From Eledone cirrhosa (lineage: Eukaryota), in NCBI GenBank assembly GCA_964016885.1, contig OZ024746.1:65162001-65226000 (forward strand): a stretch of DNA of 64,000 nt. Reading direction: 5' to 3'. Below the pieces are notes generated by a model. The model saw only the letters and a program-made list of their open reading frames with translations, had not been told where the DNA came from and searched no databases. This document shows positions 57,401-64,000 of the stretch, in pieces (within the stretch, counting starts at the first letter, position 1; each line of letters starts with the position of its first letter). The translations under genes and the position numbers were made by a program.

Positions 57401-58267
57401 TCTGGGTATGTTGCTATTGTTGTTGTTGTTGTTATTGTTGTTTGTGTCTGTGTGTCTGTTGTTGTTGGGATGTGTGTTGTATATGTGTGTGCGTATATTG
57501 TTGCTTTTGTTTTTGATGCTCCAGCGTAGTTTTGTAAATGATTTTTCTATTTCTGACAGACAACTAATCATATTTACCTTCTTGAATGTCGCAAATTTGG
57601 GTGGCAGACGTAATACAGACATTTCATTATTATCTATTTCCGTGTTTCCATAAATGTTGGTATTTTCGTTGTTGAACTCTTCAGATAATGAGGTGTCGGC
57701 CATGTTGATACCGTCAATTTTGTCGGGATATCTATTGGTATACTCTATAGTATCCCGATTTAGCTTTGCCTGTTTAAGCCACTTTAATTTTCTGTTAAAG
57801 TGCTTATCACATTCTTGAGTAATGTACTGTTCTTCGGGGCGTATAAGGCTTATAAATGTTAGTTTTTCTGCTGGTGTGGTGATTTTAGATATTTCTTGTA
57901 TTAGGTTACGCTTTAGTTTTTCTTGATGACTTAATTCTCTATAGATCTTTTTTATGTTTAGAATTAAAGTTCGTTTTAGCCTATCTGCTTGTTTTTTGGT
58001 GAGTTGTAATCTTCTAACGTCGGTATTGATGGTGTTGGTGTAGATTCTAGAAGTGGTGCACAGTTTTATGAAGTGTAGTTGTCGAGATGTTATGGTTTTT
58101 CGTAGACAACAGAACATGGTGGTTTTCAGTATTTTGTTAGCCTGGCTAAGGCTTACGATATTTCGTTTCTGAATTTGTTTAGCAAGATTCTTTATCTGAA
58201 ATCGTGTGTTGAAACCGATATTGTTATACTTTGGGAGGGTCATGTTGCCAATAAGAAACACACGCAC
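54431..58267 (-). CDS. Intact PLE polyprotein (RT + Cys linker + GIY-YIG), 1278 aa from GTG; first ATG at 58243
   Basis: LPPKFA, TDKSG, LRKDHK..PTRPV, SMDVVSLYPSI, QEEGAAIG, RYVDD, VLDT, CIDKKCITC..C, NVVYSIRC..YIGET..ERINEH. Confidence 0.93.
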   Translation of the reverse strand: MRVFLIGNMTLPKYNNIGFNTRFQIKNLAKQIQKRNIVSLSQANKILKTTMFCCLRKTITSRQLHFIKLCTTSRIYTNTINTDVRRLQLTKKQADRLKRTLILNIKKIYRELSHQEKLKRNLIQEISKITTPAEKLTFISLIRPEEQYITQECDKHFNRKLKWLKQAKLNRDTIEYTNRYPDKIDGINMADTSLSEEFNNENTNIYGNTEIDNNEMSVLRLPPKFATFKKVNMISCLSEIEKSFTKLRWSIKNKSNNIRTHIYNTHPNNNRHTDTNNNNNNNNNSNIPRYNNNRHADTNNNNNTHSNDNTHGDNNNNNTHINNNNNSNIPRYNNNRHADTNNNNNTHNNDNTHTHGDNNKTHQQQHTSTTTTHTHSMLLTTTTILTNTQTQKTSNDSSTEIREIRESNRIKKKRRWETKDKENNQDEHTDTQNRVDNNIEPVERDRSNYERHRNNHEAEAAGGNRNRNNTTNNNNSTSTHKAAAWNSPFYNPSDKSFDLRRVHATTLPFNKRTQLPSQVDEQTEAQFSIAKSELRNIIEQYSKKHNRIEAQQLGEESANGLRKLMQRSRNGEIACFPTDKSGRMSVDSLPNYIQAMQPHITNTREVTPQEHEDREKALNAHMVMWTNIMQPNKRTANNFQAWNNDVPALYGLRKDHKTGWDPVTGPPTRPVCGANIASNYRLSYFLSLIIRPIIEMSPDVCDSTEDLLSRIGAGNRSGDLTNCIIGSMDVVSLYPSIDMDFAVEKCVEMISESKVEFRGIDTSELGLLLKLTHSNSYLDTYDLSNLCPTRPARGRPPTITSMAKKTHTDRWNGWTRAIRTPENHDELKKMIAHAVGASIKLTLKEHMFKFNGKTYAQEEGAAIGVSIAGDIANLFMVWWDSRLKQKLNEQLEDGLTLIMYSRYVDDINIVVKTPPLKNSQELEKNTMESIQQIANSIHQSIRVTIDYPSRHPNHRLPVLDTELWLDSINNQKQILHSHYAKPMTSKHLIHRNSAISDHTKINIPIADLVRVMRNVSRMCNPEELERHIQHFIHRMQFSGYNQRDRIRVYKGARTKWVKMVNNDINGTCPLYRSKFWNRIERTRNKANRINSWYDSNKYQSVMFINTTPRGELAYKFRRALNKHNLNIKIVERPGTSVKTLISKTYPFQRPSCIDKKCITCKISPHINCKTRNVVYSIRCTEGQCRNKNIVYIGETARSIGERINEHWRDLQDNKESSVLYQHAKIEHRSRLESIEIKIESTHRKDAMFRQITEAVSIKELKPKLNRKYEWNSNITTYN

Positions 58268-58706
58268 CAGTTGCTTTCACTTCAATTTATTATATATTTA
58301 TAAATTTATAAATCTACAAACTTATAAATTATAAATTTCTGGTTGGTTGGTTGGTTCCACAACCAGATAGTTGTTTATATATATAGTCATAGTCCTTTCG
58401 TCACACACTCTGTGACCTCTTCAGTGACTGGGGATTCCTTTCTTCGTTTCTGTGCCTTTTCTTTCTTCTATCCTACGCCATTTTGTTTCTGTGTGTGTGT
58501 TGTGTGCTCAGTTTGCGCATGTGCCACATCCGGGTGTCTGTGTGTGTTTGTGTTCATTTTTCTATTTGTTTATTTATTTATTGTTGGTTGGTTGTTTGTT
58601 CTATGTGTGTGTGTGTTTTCATTTTGTCCTGTGTGTGTTTTCATTTTGTGTGTGTTTTCAATTGTAAGTTGTTTGTTCTATGTGTGTGTGTGTTTTCATT
58701 TTGTCC

Positions 58707-61700
58707 TTAATTGTAAGTTGTGATGTTGCTGTTCCACTCATATTTTCTATTTAATTTTGGTTTTAATTCTTTTATGCTTACTGCCTCTGTAATTTGCCTA
58801 AACATTGCGTCTTTTCTGTGCGTGGATTCTATTTTTATTTCTATGCTCTCTAATCTACTCCTGTGTTCTATCTTAGCATGTTGGTAGAGCACAGATGATT
58901 CTTTATTATCTTGGAGGTCTCGCCAGTGTTCATTTATTCGTTCCCCTATACTACGAGCTGTCTCACCTATGTACACTATATTTTTGTTTCTACATTGTCC
59001 TTCAGTACATCTTATGCTATACACTACATTTCTAGTTTTACAGTTAATATGGGGGCTTATTTTACAGGTTATACATTTCTTATCTATACATGAGGGTCTT
59101 TGGAACGGGTATGTCTTGCTAATAAGTGTTTTTACGGAGGTACCAGGTCTTTCTACTATCTTAATATTGAGATTATGTTTATTTAGGGCCCTTCTAAATT
59201 TGTAGGCTAGTTCGCCTCTAGGGGTTGTATTGATGAACATTACACTCTGGTATTTATTGCTATCATACCATGAGTTTATTCTATTGGCCTTGTTCCTAGT
59301 TCTTTCTATTCTATTCCAAAATTTGCTCCTTTACAAGGGGCAGGTCCCATTTATGTCATTATTTACCATTTTTACCCATTTGGTTCTGGCTCCTTTATAC
59401 ACTCTGATTCTATCTCTCTGATTGTAGCCAGAGAACTGCATACGGTGGATGAAGTGTTGTATGTGTCTCTCTAGTTCTTCGGGGTTGCACATGCGGGACA
59501 CATTTCTCATCACCCGTACCAAATCCGCAATCGGTATGTTGATTTTGGTATGGTCCGAAATGGCCGAGTTTCGGTGGATCAGATGTTTGGAAGTCATGGG
59601 TTTGGCATAATGGGAATGGAGGATTTGTTTTTGGTTGTTAATGGAATCTAACCAGAGCTCTGTGTCTAGTACAGGTAATCGATGGTTGGGGTGTCTACTT
59701 GGGTAGTCTATAGTAACTCTAATGCTCTGGTGGATGGAGTTTGCTATTTGCTGGATGCTTTCCATTGTGTTTTTCTCTAGTTCCTGACTGTTCTTTAGTG
59801 GGGGTGTCTTAACTACGATGTTTATATCATCTACGTAGCGGGAGTACATTATCAGGGTTAAGCCGTCTTCTAATTGTTCATTAAGTTTTTGTTTAAGTCT
59901 ACTGTCCCACCATACCATGAATAAGTTAGCTATGTCGCCTGCAATGCTAACACCAATGGCTGCTCCTTCCTCTTGGGCATATGTTTTACCATTAAATTTG
60001 AACATATGTTCCTTAAGGGTTAATTTTATGCTGGCCCCTACCGCATGTGCAATCATTTTCTTCAGTTCATCGTGGTTTTCGGGTGTCCGTATGGCTCTGG
60101 TCCACCCGTTCCATCTATCTGTGTGGGTTTTCTTGGCCATTGAGGTAATGGTAGGTGGTCTGCCTCTTGCTGGTCTTGTAGGGCACAGGTTGCTAAGGTC
60201 ATAAGTGTCTAGGTAACTATTACTATGGGTAAGTTTAAGTAGAAGTCCCAGCTCACTGGTATCAATCCCACGGAACTCAACCTTGCTCTCGCTGATCATT
60301 TCTACGCATTTCTCCACAGCAAAATCCATGTCAATAGATGGATACAGGGACACAACATCCATACTGCCTATTATGCAGTTTGTTAGGTCCCCAGATCGGT
60401 TACCCGCGCCGATTCTGCTGAGGAGGTCCTCCGTGCTGTCACACACATCTGGGGACATCTCAATGATGGGGCGTATGATCAGGGAGAGGAAGTAGGACAG
60501 TCTGTAGTTACTAGCAATGTTAGCCCCACAGACTGGTCGTGTTGGTGGTCCCGTGACAGGGTCCCAGCCCGTTTTATGGTCTTTTCGAAGCCCATACAAC
60601 GCCGGCACGTCATTGTTCCAGGCCTGGAAGTTGTTGGCAGTCCTTTTGTTGGGCTGCATTATATTTGTCCACATCACCATATGGGCATTGAGGGCTTTTT
60701 CTCTATCCTCATGCTCCTGTGGTGTTACCTCTCTTGTGTTAGTGATGTGGGGTTGCATTGCCTGGATGTAGTTTGGCAGGCTGTCAACCGACATTCTGCC
60801 AGACTTGTCTGTTGGAAAACATGCTATCTCTCCATTACGCGAGCGCTGCATGAGCTTACGCAAGCCATTTGCAGATTCTTCTCCCAGTTGCTGGGCCTCT
60901 ATTCTATTATGCTTCTTGCTATACTGTTCTATAATATTTCTAAGTTCGGATTTAGCTATACTAAATTGTGCTTCTGTTTGTTCATCGACCTGCGACGGCA
61001 ACTGCGTGCGTTTGTTAAATGGCAAAGTCGTGGCGTGGACTCGTCGTAGGTCGAATGATTTATCGGAGGGGTTATAAAACGGAGAGTTCCAGGCTGCTGC
61101 TTTATGTGTACTAGTGCTATTATTATTGTTAGTTGTGTTATTTCTATTTCTATTTCCACCAGCAGCCTCAGCTTCATGGTTGTTTCTATGTCTCTCATAA
61201 TTACTCCTGTCTCTTTCCACTGGCTCAATGTTGTTATCTACCCTATTTTGTGTGTCTGTGTGTTCGTCTTGGTTATTCTCTTTGTCCTTAGTCTCCCATC
61301 TCCTTTTCTTTTTAATCCTATTACTTTCTCTTATTTCTCTGATTTCTGTGCTACTGTCATTACTTGTTTTCTGTGTCTGTGTGTTTGTTAAGATTGTGGT
61401 GGTGGTGAGAAGCATTGAATGCGTATGTGTTGTTGTTGTTGATGTGTGTTGTTGTTGATGTGTTTTGTTGTTGTCTCCGTGTGTGTGTGTGTTATCGTTG
61501 TTGTGTGTGTTGTTATTGTTGTTTGTGTCTGCGTGTCTGTTGTTGTTGTATCTGGGTATGTTGCTATTGTTGTTGTTGTTGATGTGTGTGTTGTTGTTAT
61601 TGTTGTCTCCGTGTGTGTTATCGTTGCTGTGTGTGTTGTTATTGTTGTTTGTGTCTGCGTGTCTGTTGTTGTTGTATCTGGGTATGTTGCTATTGTTGTT

Positions 61701-62543
61701 GTTGTTGTTATTGTTGTTTGTGTCTGTGTGTCTGTTGTTGTTGGGATGTGTGTTGTATATGTGTGTGCGTATATTGTTGCTTTTGTTTTTGATGCTCCAG
61801 CGTAGTTTTGTAAATGATTTTTCTATTTCTGACAGACAACTAATCATATTTACCTTCTTGAATGTCGCAAATTTGGGTGGCAGACGTAATACAGACATTT
61901 CATTATTATCTATTTCCGTGTTTCCATAAATGTTGGTATTTTCGTTGTTGAACTCTTCAGATAATGAGGTGTCGGCCATGTTGATACCGTCAATTTTGTC
62001 GGGATATCTATTGGTATACTCTATAGTATCCCGATTTAGCTTTGCCTGTTTAAGCCACTTTAATTTTCTGTTAAAGTGCTTATCACATTCTTGAGTAATG
62101 TACTGTTCTTCGGGGCGTATAAGGCTTATAAATGTTAGTTTTTCTGCTGGTGTGGTGATTTTAGATATTTCTTGTATTAGGTTACGCTTTAGTTTTTCTT
62201 GATGACTTAATTCTCTATAGATCTTTTTTATGTTTAGAATTAAAGTTCGTTTTAGCCTATCTGCTTGTTTTTTGGTGAGTTGTAATCTTCTAACGTCGGT
62301 ATTGATGGTGTTGGTGTAGATTCTAGAAGTGGTGCACAGTTTTATGAAGTGTAGTTGTCGAGATGTTATGGTTTTTCGTAGACAACAGAACATGGTGGTT
62401 TTCAGTATTTTGTTAGCCTGGCTAAGGCTTACGATATTTCGTTTCTGAATTTGTTTAGCAAGATTCTTTATCTGAAATCGTGTGTTGAAACCGATATTGT
62501 TATACTTTGGGAGGGTCATGTTGCCAATAAGAAACACACGCAC
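58707..62543 (-). pseudogene. PLE polyprotein copy 5, nonsense TAT>TAA before the endonuclease
   Basis: Stop at 59331-59333 after GTCPL. Confidence 0.88.
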
Positions 62544-62978
62544 CAGTTGCTTTCACTTCAATTTATTATATATTTATAAATTTATAAATCTACAAACTTA
62601 TAAATTATAAATTTCTGGTTGGTTGGTTGGTTCCACAACCAGATAGTTGTTTATATATATAGTCATAGTCCTTTCGTCACACACTCTGTGACCTCTTCAG
62701 TGACTGGGGATTCCTTTCTTCGTTTCTGTGCCTTTTCTTTCTTCTATCCTACGCCATTTTGTTTCTGTGTGTTGTGTGCTCAGTTTGCGCATGTGCCACA
62801 TCCGGGTGTCTGTGTGTGTTTGTGTTCATTTTTCTATTTGTTTATTTATTTATTGTTGGTTGGTTGTTTGTTCTATGTGTGTGTGTGTTTTCATTTTGTC
62901 CTGTGTGTGTTTTCATTTTGTGTGTGTTTTCAATTGTAAGTTGTTTGTTCTATGTGTGTGTGTGTTTTCATTTTGTCC

Positions 62979-64000
62979 TTAATTGTAAGTTGTGATGTTG
63001 CTGTTCCACTCATATTTTCTATTTAATTTTGGTTTTAATTCTTTTATGCTTACTGCCTCTGTAATTTGCCTAAACATTGCGTCTTTTCTGTGCGTGGATT
63101 CTATTTTTATTTCTATGCTCTCTAATCTACTCCTGTGTTCTATCTTAGCATGTTGGTAGAGCACAGATGATTCTTTATTATCTTGGAGGTCTCGCCAGTG
63201 TTCATTTATTCGTTCCCCTATACTACGAGCTGTCTCACCTATGTACACTATATTTTTGTTTCTACATTGTCCTTCAGTACATCTTATGCTATACACTACA
63301 TTTCTAGTTTTACAGTTAATATGGGGGCTTATTTTACAGGTTATACATTTCTTATCTATACATGAGGGTCTTTGGAACGGGTATGTCTTGCTAATAAGTG
63401 TTTTTACGGAGGTACCAGGTCTTTCTACTATCTTAATATTGAGATTATGTTTATTTAGGGCCCTTCTAAATTTGTAGGCTAGTTCGCCTCTAGGGGTTGT
63501 ATTGATGAACATTACACTCTGGTATTTATTGCTATCATACCATGAGTTTATTCTATTGGCCTTGTTCCTAGTTCTTTCTATTCTATTCCAAAATTTGCTC
63601 CTTTACAAGGGGCAGGTCCCATTTATGTCATTATTTACCATTTTTACCCATTTGGTTCTGGCTCCTTTATACACTCTGATTCTATCTCTCTGATTGTAGC
63701 CAGAGAACTGCATACGGTGGATGAAGTGTTGTATGTGTCTCTCTAGTTCTTCGGGGTTGCACATGCGGGACACATTTCTCATCACCCGTACCAAATCCGC
63801 AATCGGTATGTTGATTTTGGTATGGTCCGAAATGGCCGAGTTTCGGTGGATCAGATGTTTGGAAGTCATGGGTTTGGCATAATGGGAATGGAGGATTTGT
63901 TTTTGGTTGTTAATGGAATCTAACCAGAGCTCTGTGTCTAGTACAGGTAATCGATGGTTGGGGTGTCTACTTGGGTAGTCTATAGTAACTCTAATGCTCT
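62979..64000 (-). pseudogene. PLE polyprotein copy 6 (partial), same nonsense mutation
   Basis: Stop near 63603 after GTCPL. Confidence 0.85.

Larger units (their letters stand above)
41143..64000 (-). mobile_element. Head-to-tail tandem array of a Neptune-like PLE, unit 4257-4281 bp, at least 5.3 units (runs off the window)
   Basis: ORF starts recur at 41193, 45474, 49734, 53991, 58267 and 62543. RT + Cys-rich linker + GIY-YIG. HHR in each inter-ORF spacer. The 3' end joins (AT)n. Confidence 0.95.

Noticed and set aside
41102-63700. Plus-strand ORFs repeated in each array unit
   Set aside because: Antisense shadows of the PLE ORF and of low-complexity sequence.

Overview
This window is AT-rich, microsatellite-dense eukaryotic repeat DNA. 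The SINE and repeat content suggest a mollusc, probably a cephalopod (inference). I see no host gene. It is a nest of (AT)n-associated Penelope-like elements (PLEs) and their hammerhead ribozymes (HHRs). Main components: (1) a ~490-520 bp non-coding tandem repeat with one minimal type I HHR per unit (retrozyme-like), with further copies at 9-11 kb and 22.6-23.4 kb; (2) an apparently intact Naiad-like PLE (11767-18490, RT + GIY-YIG) with a ~3.9 kb 3' UTR and a large-loop HHR; (3) a head-to-tail array of at least 5.3 near-identical ~4.27 kb Neptune-like PLE units on the minus strand (41.1-64 kb), only one with an intact 1278-aa ORF; (4) several short PLE 3' ends and fold-back palindromes built from HHRs of about 8-10 unrelated families, most with a palindromic helix III; (5) a CR1-like LINE with a Myb/SANT-like plus double-CCCH ORF1, split by a hAT/Buster transposon with an 8-bp TSD; (6) RTE-like LINE fragments and a tRNA-derived SINE head. 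Most ORFs in the supplied track are translations of microsatellites or antisense frames.
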